Origin: Histomonas meleagridis 2922-C6/04-290x
Lineage: Eukaryota > Protista > Parabasalia
Assembly (NCBI GenBank): GCA_020184695.1
Contig: JAANOX010000207.1
Location: forward strand, 248,001 to 312,000
Direction of reading: 5' to 3'
Length of the DNA: 64,000 bases
The notes beneath the pieces are model-generated. The model made no database searches. It was not told the DNA's origin and worked only from the letters and a program-made list of their open reading frames with translations. Within the stretch, counting starts at the first letter, position 1; every line of letters starts with the position of its first letter. Both the position numbers and the translations under genes were made by a program. Shown here one piece after another: positions 1-12,478 of this stretch.

Positions 1-985
1 ATAATCTAAAAATGTTTAACGATAGTTTCGTATCATCGATTATTATGTGTTTAACTAATTCGATTAAAAATCATCAAAATGAAGCTAATATTATCATAGA
101 GTTACCTTTATTCATTGTATCGATAATTCCTTATATGTGTGATTCAATATGTTTGAAATTTGCTGATTCATTAATTTTCAAATAAAATTTTCAATGATAA
201 TAAATCAAATTCTTTAAATTTTTCAAATGCGATGAATCATTCGAACTGTATCTTTCACAACATAGAAAAATTTGTATAAAAAAAATATAATTTTATGCTC
301 ATTATAAATGAAAATGTAAAGGATCGAGAATAATTATAAAAAAAAAAAAACTAAAAATCTTAAATATATTATTTTCACATATTTTTTATTAAACTTTGGA
401 ATTCAAATTACAATTTTTCCTATCAAGCATTCGAACTATATCTAATTATGTATGATGACTAACAAAGTACTGTATCAAATATTACATATAATTTCCGAAA
501 TATATTTTTTATACAGATATGAAAATATTAGAATGAGAAAAATTCGAACCATTGATATCAATCCCTTCTTGTTTAACAATTATACGAACTTTTTGTCTGT
601 ATAACCATTTTAAGATGCTGATATAAGTGCTGTACTATATATAGACAAATAATTTTCGAATATTATAATGAAATATTATAATATTAAAACAAGACTTAAA
701 TTGAACAAATAAATGCTTTAGTATTAATATCAATTCCTCTATGTTCAGGTAGTAATTTAACTATAATTCCAAACTCATTTATCCAAAAAGTGAAATTTTT
801 TTGAAGAATTAACCATCACACACGTTCATTTCTGAGAGAAAACACGGGAATTCCCGTTGAACTCGACATATTTATAGTATTATATGTACATAAATTTATA
901 TTATCGAATATTTTTGAAATTACCAAAAACATGTGAGGGTTGGCTCTGTAGTGATGCATTATTTAATTAACCTTTTGAAATTAAA

Positions 986-1126
986 ATGAGGTCTTTTCAA
1001 CTTCAATTAAAAGATAAATGTAATAGAAAAAGAGTCCGTAGAGAAGGTGATTTATGTTATTGTTACTTTTTAAAGGATGAGTATAAAAATATATATCATC
1101 TAACAAAACATATTGATAATGATTAA
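986..1126 (+). pseudogene. Short C-terminal ORF remnant of the viral element (function unclear)
   Basis: 46-codon open frame RSFQLQLKDKCNRKRVRREGDLCYCYFLKDEY.., whose TAA overlaps the convergent stop of the fibre gene (TTAA at 1123-1126). Confidence 0.25.
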
Positions 1127-4100
1127 ATTTTATAAACGGCTACTGTATTATTATCGATTATTGAAGTTATGCTTCTTATAATCATACTGTTTATTTTTGT
1201 TGTTAATACAGTATCATCATCTAAAATACTGCCGTCATATAAAACTTTATCTTTTATATAATATTTATGAAATCATTAATTTTAGAATAATAGTCTCCGT
1301 GAGTTGCAAAATCAACAGTATCTTGATTAATACTGATATCTTGTTTTATAGTATCACCTAATTGAAATATTTCATTAGCAATATGTTTATCAACACATAT
1401 TCCTATTAACTCTTTATAAAAACCTGTACTTTTAACAGAATGTATACTCACAACATCATAAACAACGATTTAATAATATATGGTAATTTAGAAGTAAATC
1501 ATATTAATAATATACCTGTTGATAACTTCTCTTTAACAAGTCATAATCATGATGATAAATATTCTTTAATAAATCATACTCATAATACTATAAATAACGA
1601 CTTAACTGTTAACGGTAAAATTAATAATTATTATTTGAATAACGGTTCTAATGCAAATAATTTATTAAACACATTACCTTGTATAGCTACTATTAAATCA
1701 GACGGTGTTATGGAAGTAGGTTGTTATATAGATTTTCATGATAATAATGAATTTAACAGTGATTACTCTTGGAGAATAACATCTGCTGATTCATTAGAGT
1801 TTAAAAGAAAAGGTTCTGGATCAATTACTTTTAACAGTAACGGTAATATAAATTGTAATACTGTTAACGGAATTAACTTAAATAATTTAGCATTAACGAG
1901 TCATACTCATGAACCAAATGATATAGTTCCTTATCAAAATGCTGTATTAAGAACAGGTAGATTTTTAGATTTTGTATATCATGATCAATCAACAGCAGCA
2001 CCCGGAACATATACTTGGAGAATTACTTCTTATCAAAATGAATTAGGATTTTAACATGATTCTAATGATACTTATAGAAAAGCAATTATTAGCAGTTCAG
2101 GAGGAGGTCAAATTAATAAAACAATTATACATAACAGTCCTATTTCTGAAAATGAAAATATTGATAATTTTATTGTCGGAAAGCCTGTATTTATAACAGG
2201 TTATGTTTATAAATTAAACGGCCGGAATAAGTATATTTCTACAACAGATTCTACTAACTGTATGATTTATAAAAAAATATTTATCGTCATGATTATGTGT
2301 TGTTAATGAGTATTCACTGTGATTATGAGAACTTGGCGGGTAAGTTGTTGATTTATCAGTAATATCATTATAACTATAAGTATGATATATTAAAGAATAT
2401 TTATCGTCATGATTATGTGTTGTTAATGAAATATTATTAGTATCAATTTTGTTAATAGAATTACAACTAATATTACCGGTTTTATATACACTCACGTAAT
2501 TACCGCCACAAGTTTTAAATCTTAAACAAGTATCAATATTATCATCAGAACCTACGTAATGTTCAATGACACTACAATCATCGCCATATGGTAATACACC
2601 TATTTCCATTATGATAGAATTACCTGTTACTGCATTAGATCTATAAATAAATAATCCTTGATAAATATTTGTATCATCTGGATATTTGCTGCAATCAATA
2701 TTGATATTACGTTTTGATGTTAATATTCTACATGAAATATCATTATCTACTAATAAATCTTGTTCAACCTTTGTCCAAACTCCGTATTCATTATACGATA
2801 TTCCTGTTAACTTATTATTGATATCAGTTAAATTATCATTAGTTAAATACTGATCATGAGTATGATTTATTAAAGAAAAGTTGTTAACAGGTATATTATT
2901 AATATTATTTGTTGTTATGTTACCATTAACTTTTAAATACTGATTAATGTTAGTATATATTTAGTAGATATCTTTTTCCTCCTCATTTTCATTAACAATT
3001 GTTACTAATAAATCCTTATGATAAGTAATACCAGTATAATTATTTAAATCAGAGTTTATTAAGTAATTATCATGAGTATGATTAATAAAACGTTTATATA
3101 TCTGACAGTCTACTAATAACATACCTAATTCATTAGTTACTTTAGTCCTTTAGTAACATCTTCATAATAATATTTAAAATTCTTAGATATAGTATTCATT
3201 TCAGGAGATAGATTTATTAAATAGTTATATTCATTAAAATTGTTATCAATATCATCATCATCAGGGCCTTCTAAATCATCAGAATTTTCATCAGTTGATA
3301 TATCATATTCATCAAATACGACAGATCTTAATGTAGGTATAGGTATGTAACCCCTGGCTCCTGTAAATACATTTTTTAATCTGCTAATTAATGTCATGGC
3401 CCAAGAACTGTTTTTAATACTGTTACATACTTTATATACTAATTCAGCAAATTCTGCTAATGACATAGCAAATGAAAATGCATTTAATAAATATTCTAAC
3501 CAATTCTTTTTATATCCAGATATGTCTTCACCGGGGAGCTCCTGTAAATAATTCTTGTATATCATCATCATCTATAATCATTTGTTTTGTTAAATAGTAT
3601 TCTGATGTTAATACTCCGTCAACATTAACTATTCCATAAGTATGTCCAGAATCTTCTAACATAATACTATTACCGTTTGGAAAATTAATTAATAAATTGT
3701 TTTCGACAGTTCCTTCATCAGTTGTATTATCATAAGTTGATATATTAACGCCGTTATCAAATAATATTACGTCATCAATTGTTAAAATACCGTCTTCAAT
3801 AAGTGCTATATTATTAGTATCAATTTCGTTGATTTTACCGTTAAAATAAGATCCTGATTAATTAATGTATATTTTTCATAAATATCCTCTTCTTCTTCAG
3901 TAGTTCCAATATAATTTTCATTATAATATATACCTGTAGTATTGTAATGAGTATGATTTATTAATAAGAAATTATCGACAGTTATATTGTTAATAGAATT
4001 GACCCTTAAATCATGATTTATTAACCTATATTTTTTATAAATATCCTCCTCTTCCTCATCAACTTTAATATGATTTTCAATATAATATATACCTGTTAGT

Positions 4101-4741
4101 TTATTGTTAATATATCTCAAATTAGCATTTGTTAAATAATCACAGTGAATATGATCTATTAAAGCATATTTATCATCATGATGATGTGTATTTAAAGAAA
4201 TATTATCAGTATTAATTCCGTTAATAGAATTACGACTGATATTACCGCTATTACTAAAACTTATCGTGAAACCTCCTTTTGCTTGAAAACTTAATGTACT
4301 TGTAACAGCTCTTATTCTCCAAGTGTTATCACCGTCATTATTATAATGAAAATCAATATATTGACCTACTTCCATAACGCCGTCTGTTTTAACAGTAGCT
4401 ATACAAGGAATTGTTATTGTTGAATTAGATCCTCCTCCTGCACTGTTTAGAATATAATAATTATTAATTTTACCGTTAACAGTAATATCATTATTAAATA
4501 TATTATGAGTATGATCTATTAAAGAATATCTGTCATCATGAGTATGATCTTTTAAAGCGAAATCTTCTGTAGAATAACCGTTAATAGTTTCTATTAGAAA
4601 TTCTTCATATGAAGTCAATACTCTATCAATATTACTAACCATTTGTTTCAAATTAGCATTATTTATAATATTGTATCCTGTAATAATATCATCTACTAAT
4701 ATATCATTTATTAAAACAAGGTTTCTGATATCATTATTCAA
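1123..4741 (-). pseudogene. Giant modular fibre/minor-capsid-like protein (~1,200 codons), fragmented and partly inverted
   Basis: ORFs 3806-4741(-), 3137-3571(-), 2214-2609(-), 1440-2054(+) and 1254-1451(-) share or continue repeated modules (H[NT]HDD[KR]YSLI.HTH; NND.TVNGKINNYY; PCIAT.K.DGVMEVG.YIDFH..WRI). Re-inverting 1448-2259 restores in-frame joins at both ends. Confidence 0.7.
1448..2259 (+). other. 812-bp internal inversion bounded by 4-bp inverted microhomology ATAC(1444-1447)/GTAT(2260-2263)
   Basis: Undoing it gives ..FFINHT-HNIINNDL.. at one junction and ..TTDSTNC-IHSVKSTGFYKELIG.. at the other, both in frame. Confidence 0.85.
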
Positions 4742-4761
4742 AGGATTAATTATGATATAAC

Positions 4762-4992
4762 GTTATCATATAAATCATGAAACCAAGTATTTGGTCTTTT
4801 ACTAAATATTTTTATCATATACGGTTTAATAATATCTTTTATTTAAATAAATTTATCTATCAAACGTTGATTTACAATACATTTAATTTTTTTACTTTTG
4901 ACATTAAAATGTTTATTTTTGACATGTTTCTTTACATGATTATATGTTTTAAAATGAGTCTTATCTACAGTATCATTTATTGATGTTTGCAT
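4762..4992 (-). pseudogene. N-terminal remnant of a Maverick-type (rve) integrase
   Basis: Manual translation from ATG 4992: MQTSINDTVDKTHFKTYNHVKKHVKNKHFNVKSKKIKCIVNQRLIDKFI*IKDIIKPYMIKIFSKRPNTWFHDLYDN. The W..DL.D resembles the first catalytic-Asp motif; truncated immediately after. Confidence 0.4.
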
Positions 4993-5031
4993 ATTATTTA
5001 TTACATATAACAGTTATTTTTTGATAATGAA

Positions 5032-5466
5032 ATGGGCTTAGGTAATATATTTGGAGGAATTAGAAAATTAGTTCAAGGAGGCGGTAGATTATTTAAAAAT
5101 ATTATTGATAAAGGTAAACAAATTTGGGGTAAATTATCACCTATAATAAATAAAGGCGGTAAAATCATTAGTAAAATACCGGGAGCTATACAAACTATTA
5201 GAGATAAAAAACAGCAAATAACTGATAAAATTGATCAAATTGTGGATATGATTCCTGATAGTAAAACTAAAAATGAAATCAAAGGTGCTGTTGACAGAGG
5301 CGAACAAATATCTGATAGAATTATTAGCAGAGTTCGACATGTTAGTGATCAAGTACAACCTTATATAACTGCCGGTAAGAATATATACAATAAATTAAAT
5401 CAAACAAAAACTAATATTCAACAACCAAATAATCAACTAAATATGCATAATGCAAGATTGTTATAA
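5032..5466 (+). CDS. Intact 144-aa basic amphipathic-helix protein of the viral element
   Basis: ATG..TAA intact. MGLGNIFGGIRKLVQGGGRLFKNIIDKGKQIWGKLSPII shows G/K/hydrophobic helical periodicity. Confidence 0.7.
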   Translation: MGLGNIFGGIRKLVQGGGRLFKNIIDKGKQIWGKLSPIINKGGKIISKIPGAIQTIRDKKQQITDKIDQIVDMIPDSKTKNEIKGAVDRGEQISDRIISRVRHVSDQVQPYITAGKNIYNKLNQTKTNIQQPNNQLNMHNARLL

Positions 5467-5558
5467 AAATGCATAATGTATGTTTTATCTTTACATAAAT
5501 GACGGAGACTGAGTTAGTTTTATAAACACCTGTTGATAATAATGATAATAATAATCGG

Positions 5559-6570
5559 GTGTCTAGAAATTTTAATAATGTTAATAATAATAATATTAAC
5601 AACATAATTGTTGATAAAAAACCTATTAAAAATTTAACTTCTGAAGAGAAAAACATTATAATTAATGATGCTAAAAATAACATTGATAATAAATATTATG
5701 ACGTTATATTTTATATGAACAATAATACAAAAATAATTCCAAAAAAAGACCCCAAAATATCATCATCCAAAATTTTGATTATTGAAAATAAATCCTCAAA
5801 ACAAACTGTAACAACTTTATCTGATAATCAATTTTTTAATAGAACATATGTTAAAATTGAATCATAATTCAATACGTATTGAAAAATTAAGGGGTAAGCA
5901 AAAAAAATTAAGTTCACAAATACAGAAAATAGAAGGTCGATATATATGATATATGATATTGCTGTTAATGATGATAATGATAATATCGATTTTAACAATA
6001 ATGATAATATTGATAAAAATATTGATAATATTGATGAGAATAATGATGAAAATGACACAAATAAAATGACCTTGAAAATATACTAACTTATTACAAGAAG
6101 AATATGATAATATATTTAATAGACATATATCTCATATAAATGATTTGTTTACAGATATTAATAAATATAAACAACAACAAAACAATGAAAGAATCAATAA
6201 AATAACATATGACACATTAATAGATTTAGAAGAAAAGGCACAACGAGAGTATATTAATAGTTTACATGATGCATATAAACTACAAAATTTCAATGAAATA
6301 TCTGACCCAAATATGGCTGCAAGAACTAATAATATACATAAATTAATAACAACAAACGTTAAAAATGATATTCAAAAAAATGAATCGGAAAAAGAATTAA
6401 AACTTAAAAATGATATACGTAAGTCATATGGAGATAAATTATATCAAGAGGAAATGTCAAAATATTTAGATTCTGATGAACATAAAAAACAAGTTAAAAA
6501 TACAACTGATCTCATGATTAGGACTCATAAAATTAATAAGCAAAATGATGATTTCGAAAAAATTAGATAG
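5559..6570 (+). pseudogene. Frameshifted hypothetical viral gene(s)
   Basis: ORFs 5559-5867 and 6145-6570 are linked by coding-like N/D-rich sequence in shifting frames. Confidence 0.45.
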
Positions 6571-6619
6571 CATAAAGAAGAAATTGAAAAAGCATATATT
6601 ATAAATGATATTAATAAAA

Positions 6620-7482
6620 GTATAGTATATATATATATTAAATCTGATATGTTGATCATTAATTTCAGAATACTCATTCCATAACTTATCCGCATCAAAA
6701 CAACTTGCAGGGGACTCTTTAATCAAATAATAAAAATCTTCTTTAGATATACCCGGAAATAATACTATATCAGATAATGTTCTTTTTAAATCTTTTGGTA
6801 TAGATTTTACTGTTTGTACACATACAATAACATTAATATTGAAATGTCTTAACTTTTTTAATAATTTCATTAAATCAGTTTCTTTATTTTTTAATAACAC
6901 GTGATTTGCAAAATCATCTAATATTAATAACATTCTGTGAGGATATGTTTTCCAATCGTGATAAGCTAATTTTAATGATATATATTTCAATATCTTTTTC
7001 TTTTTGAATTTAATTTATGTTTAAAAAAGATTCTTTCCAATTCCTCATTAATTTCTTTTAAAGTTACTGTTAATATATTTCATTATTGAGTTATATTTTA
7101 AAATACGCCTCATATATTTGTCTAAAGTATCCAATAAATCGTTATCAGATATCGCTATAAGTTTACTATTTTTAATTAATATTTTAAAAGAATTTACTGT
7201 TTCATCAAACTTGTTACTTGTAGAACATATACATATTAACTCATGAAAAAGTTCATTAAATAATACTTCTTGTTGAGCTACTAATTTCAAATAAGTATAA
7301 CTTTTACCGCTTCTCATAGGTGCAATAAATGCGCAAATACCGTTTTGTGCAAATGGATATTTTTCATGAATAGGTTTTATTAAAGCATTATCTAATAATA
7401 CTTTATTTTTATTACTAATCTTATTAAAATTGTTATCTATTTCTTCAAACTTTTTGTCAATAGATTCATATTTATGCTTCAT
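6620..7482 (-). pseudogene. A32/FtsK-like DNA packaging ATPase, split by frameshift
   Basis: Walker A variant GICAFIAPMRSGKSYT (7048-7482). Walker B LLILDDFA, RH and CVQ motifs (6466-6990), in the order typical of Polinton/NCLDV packaging ATPases. Confidence 0.85.
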
Positions 7483-7565
7483 TTTGTTAAAAATAGAAAC
7501 ACATCATATTTTTAATTGTTTTAATATTTTTTCCTCATATAAATATAAAATCATTTTAAAGTTAT

Positions 7566-8015
7566 TTGTTAAGTGATTTTGAAAGTCTTAATCATAAAGC
7601 CGTAGATATTAAATTTAAACATTCTGAGAAACCGGGCTTCGATAAAAACACTAAAGAACCGTATATTCGTCACAGTATATTGGTAAATATGAAGTTTTAT
7701 AATCAAAACCTCAAATTATTAAGTGCTGTTAACATTAAATTTATTAATGATGAATTAGCTCCTGTAAGTGCTAAAAAATAAAAAAACATATCACCAGATG
7801 AGCTTAATAATAAATTTATTGATGCTAAACAACATATTGTAAGTGAAATATGTAAGGATATACAAAATAAAATTGATCATTTAACATCAAAAATAAATTA
7901 TATTAATAATTATTGTCAAACATCTGATATCACATCTAATAAAACATCTAATAATGATTTCGAAAATGATGATATTATTAAACCTACTAGATCTAAAAAG
8001 GAATTTGATATGTGA
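7566..8015 (+). pseudogene. Hypothetical viral gene with an internal stop
   Basis: ORF 7566-7781 continues in frame after TAA (KNISPDELNNKFIDAKQH..EFDM*). Confidence 0.4.
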
Positions 8016-8039
8016 ATCTAATATGTAAAAATAATTTTA

Positions 8040-9822
8040 TTCTTAATGAATTAATTCAATCAATATTTTCATTTGATCTTCACTATTAGGACATATATTT
8101 ATATATTTGTTATTAACATGATATATATATTCATTATCGATATTTTCACCGATCCAATTATCAGCTGATCTGATATATATTTCTATAAATATATGTTCAA
8201 TTTTGTATTGTCCGAATTTATCACCTATATATCCTAACTCATATTATTTGTTATAATCTTCTTCAGATATTAATAGATAATCAACTTTCGAATAATATAC
8301 ATTTGATATTAAACTTTTAATATGATTCATTTTATCATTGAAATTATTTAATACAGACTTTGCAAACTGCGGGTATTTGTTGCCAGATAGTATTAGGAAA
8401 TATACATTCATTACGTATTTTATTAGCAATATCACCTGATAACTCATATATATTATCAAAACAACCGTATTCATACATTATTTTTAACATTAAATCACTG
8501 TATCTGTAATAAGATTTTACATTAATATTTAAACCTAAATTATTAATAATATTTCGTAATTCATTTAACCTGTAGTTAACTTAATTATCATCAATATCAT
8601 AATCAAATAATTTCTTACTGCGTTTCATTCTATCAACAGAATCAGGTATATACTTCTTATCAAGAATATGTATTAATCTATAACTGTTATAACAGTTATA
8701 ACGGTTTATTAATAGTTTTATAACTCCAACACAATTTATTATAAGTATTAATATCCATAGGTTTTAATAAAATATATTTTATCATAGTATCGATTGCATA
8801 ATATACAGATATCAATTTAGAAGCATATTCTATTGTTTTATTTCTATCATAATTTTCGATACTGTCAATTGATATATTAACAGTATCATTTAACATATAA
8901 TGATTATCTATAATGATTAATTTTATAAGTTTATTATATTGTTTACCGTAATCTCTGTGAGTAAAACCTTTATTGATCATATATCTAATATCAATATGAA
9001 CTTTTAATAAATCTGATATATTATTTAATTGTTCTAATGGGACTGTTCTGGTATTTATAAAAGATCTTAACATATTAATATCATTATCACTAAATAAATT
9101 ACTTGCAATAAATGATTGTGTTAAACAAGATTCATTTATATGTTCATTGTTGATGTTATTAAATATACCGTATTTTGTAAGATCTATATCAGTAGTATTA
9201 AAATAAGGGAAGAATCGGGATTAACTCTTTTTCCGTTTTTCAGATCTTTGAATTCGAACTATATAGATTTAATATTTTTGAAAGTTTTCAATGCTAAAGT
9301 ATTACTGTCACTAATATCATTTATTTCATTAATAATATCATATGAGAAATTAACTGTATTCATATTTCCTTGATAATAAGATATATTATTATTATCATCA
9401 ATAATTGTCATCCTAATATCTTTATTAATTTTTGGTCCATATGATTTTATAAAATATATTAATGCATATAATATATCTTTTTTGTCATTATTATTGTAAG
9501 TAAAATCTTTTTGTAATAATAACTTTTTAATTAAATCTTTAGTTATATTGTTAACAGATTTATTATGTATAGGTTTATCAATAGGTTCATCTTCAGATAA
9601 TGCCATATTATAATAATCATCGAAATGATCATATTCACTGCGTTTATTATGTTTAATTTTATATTGTAATTGATTATATGACAAACTAACATATTTATTG
9701 TTAATTTCATCATATACCTTATATTTAGTTTTAGTATTTATATGTTCAAAATTATCTGGTAAAGTATAACCGTAATTATTAAACAATTCTATAACTTGTG
9801 TTGTAGTTAGTTTTTTGGGCAT
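8040..9822 (-). pseudogene. Protein-primed family B DNA polymerase-like remnants (N-terminal region plus a degenerate palm)
   Basis: ORFs 9259-9822 and 8696-9073 are bridged by FFPYFNTTDIDLTKYGIF..ESCL... Downstream: EYGCFDNIYELSG, then PQFAKSVL..NVYYSKVDYLLI..GDKFGQYKIEH, spaced like the pPolB palm but without DTDS. Confidence 0.45.
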
Positions 9823-10079
9823 AATATATCATATTAAAATAAAAATAGAATAAAATAAATTTTATAAAATTAAATTATTAAATTTATTTATAAACTAATT
9901 CCCGGAACTGATCTTACAAATTTAATACTTATTTTTCGACTGTCGAGAAATTGTAAAACATCTGGAAAACTATATTTTGAATTATATGTTTCACATTATT
10001 TTTTCTAACATATATTTTACTGACATAATCAGTAGTATCACTTTTACAACAATATTGTATCAGTATCAGCTTTTAACAA

Positions 10080-10470
10080 TTATATATCATTTGTATCACA
10101 TAATAATTGTAATAATTTAATTAATTCATCTTCATCAGCGATAATATATTTATTAATAATAAAGGGGTCAATATTTTCAATAATATCTAAACATAAAACT
10201 AATGCTTGAATTAATAAATCTATATCATGTATGATTTGTTGTAAATTATTATTTAAATCATCAGCTGTATCCACAGATCTGTTAACAGTAAGTTCATTAT
10301 TATCAATATTATTATTATCAATATTTGGATCAGGATATTTAACTGAATGAGGATTTACTACGTAGTACGACATTCACATTTTGGTTTTGTTGTGGACTAT
10401 TAATATTAGTATCAACTTTTGCTAAAAATCCTTTTGAACAAGATAATACTCTGGAATGAGGTAATGACAT
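10080..10470 (-). pseudogene. Frameshifted hypothetical viral gene
   Basis: ATG 10470 MSLPHSRVLSCSKGFLAKVDTNIN.. shifts into ORF 10080-10373. Confidence 0.4.
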
Positions 10471-10604
10471 ATTTTTAATATATGTAAAAATATACTATTA
10501 TAATGGACTTATTTGACTATATGAAGGAATTAGAACTTAAATAAGTATTTACTATAAAACAAATACTATATATTGATTTAATCAATTTTTATATTGAGGA
10601 TCTA

Positions 10605-10805
10605 GTGATATATAAATATGTTATAATTGCTAACAGTAATACTTTGAAAAAGTTCAAAAAATATAGTTTAAAATCGAATATTATACATGATAATGTTAAT
10701 ATGAAAATAAAAATTCCTGTTAATAATATATATAAAAAACGTTATATTTTAATGTTTGACTTTAACAAAAATGATGTTACTATATGTACAGGTGATAAAA
10801 AATAG
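10605..10805 (+). CDS. Small hypothetical ORF in the viral element
   Basis: 66-aa open frame (GTG start); no motif. Confidence 0.2.
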   Translation: MIYKYVIIANSNTLKKFKKYSLKSNIIHDNVNMKIKIPVNNIYKKRYILMFDFNKNDVTICTGDKK

Positions 10806-10928
10806 TAATTATGACGATATTAATAACTTTAAATTAAATTATATTGCTTTTTAAAAATTGCATAATATCATTACTTTTTTATTATTAATATCTTGTGCAC
10901 AAATTAATGTCTTATTATTGTAAGTATA

Positions 10929-12478
10929 CCCTGAATTTCCTACAATTCGCGAATTCTATCGTTAGAACGATATAAATTTAAGATTTTCACATATATTTCG
11001 AATTTTACGATTTCACGACGCCTAATTTGCATGTATATCACATAAAAAGTACTAATGGATTTTATGGGCAAAGTTAGAAAAAATTTAGTAAAATTCGAAA
11101 TATTCTGATATCAGATATGAAAATCTAAAAAAAGCAAAAAATTCAATAACAACAATGCAGTTGTTTTCAGTATACTGTTTTTTAATTATTTTAGTAAAAA
11201 TTTGATCAAAATCGTTCATTTATTTCAAATTGATTGATAGATTGACCATGCTTCGTTCAAAACATCAGAATTAAGGTGTTCCCATGCCCATATAAGTACT
11301 TGAACCGCATATTTCATCCCGATTTTTTTGCACGAATTTTTATGAATAAATCGATGAATACTATCTTTGGCAACGTTCTTCAAACACCCAAAAACGTGAT
11401 AATCGAGTGGTTGGTATTTATCTGTTGATCCAGCAGGAATAAAGAACATTTCAATGCATTTGCCAATTGCATGGACATAGTTGCCTTGTGAACTGGAAAT
11501 TGGTCAATGATTAGATACAACGGGTCATCATCACTATATTGTTGTCTAAGCCATATTAAGTAACTTTCGAAATTATCTTGTTCCATCCATCCTGATTCGC
11601 TATATGCTGACATGTGATATGAAATATCACCAAGTTGTGTTCGTTCAACTAATTCGGTTTCCCTATTAGCAATCATGAATAATGGGAGCTTGATGCCAGC
11701 GAATGTGATCGAGGCCATTGCAGTAATTATTTTTTTTTCTGAATCTGAAACTTTGATGTCAATTGCATCTGATCCAGAATCTGCCCATGTAGTTATCGGA
11801 GAGGGCAAGATTTTCCAGGAAGTTTCATCAGCATTTATGATCCTATTTGCTGGTTTGCTTTCAATTAATTCTTTGACTTCATTGATTCATTTATCGATCT
11901 CCATATCCTTGACCTTTGGTCTTCTCCTGTACCTAGCTCGCCGACTACTCAGTTTATTGCGCTTTTTAAAATCAGTTACAAACTTAGGACTGAACTTCAC
12001 ATTGGGGATTTCATCATCATTCATGACATATGTCTTTCAAGAAATCCTTGAGATGCGAGGTTAACGAAGTCTTTGTTTTGAAACAAAAACTTTTGCGTTA
12101 TAAAATTGGATCGGATGTAATCAGCAATTGATTATTCTTCAGCATCAATAAATATACGATGATGAATCCCGTGAACTGAGCTGTCGTAAGGTCGCCATGC
12201 TTTGTCAAGTTCCCACTTGTGGTACCACCCACGAATGGTGAATTCTGAAATATCGAATTGTTTGCTTAAATCTGTTATTGTTCCTCTTGGTTTATTTGGA
12301 AAGGGATCGAATACTAGGTCACATATTTCCTTGTGTCTATAATTGTCTCGATGAGGTAATTTGGAAATGACGAGCTTTTGATTTTTTATCTACAAATGAT
12401 ACCGTTCACAATTTCTCAAACCGAAACGATGCACTCAAATAATGACGATAAAATCCGTTAATTGTGATAAACCTTCGG
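10929..12478 (-). mobile_element. 1,550-bp pogo-like (Tc1/mariner superfamily) DNA transposon
   Basis: TA target-site duplication (10927-28 / 12479-80). Imperfect 34-bp TIRs, 22/34 identical (CCCTGAATTTCCTACAATTCGCGAATTCTATCGT vs CCGAAGGTTTATCACAATTAACGGATTTTATCGT). Confidence 0.85.
11225..12400 (-). pseudogene. DDE_1 (pogo-type) transposase, inactivated
   Basis: INADETSW, SESGWM, LIIDQFPVH, YQPLD motifs. Several stops (e.g. W->TGA in IDK*INEV) and frameshifts. Confidence 0.85.

Noticed and set aside
844-857. Perfect 14-bp palindrome ACGGGAATTCCCGT; similar hairpin AAACGGAT-TTC-ATCCGTTT at 14677-14695
   Set aside because: Isolated, with no Helitron CTRR end or other supporting context.
1430-2280. 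Gin/Cin-type recombinase sites at the inversion ends
   Set aside because: Only 4 bp of inverted identity, and no serine or tyrosine recombinase was seen in the window.
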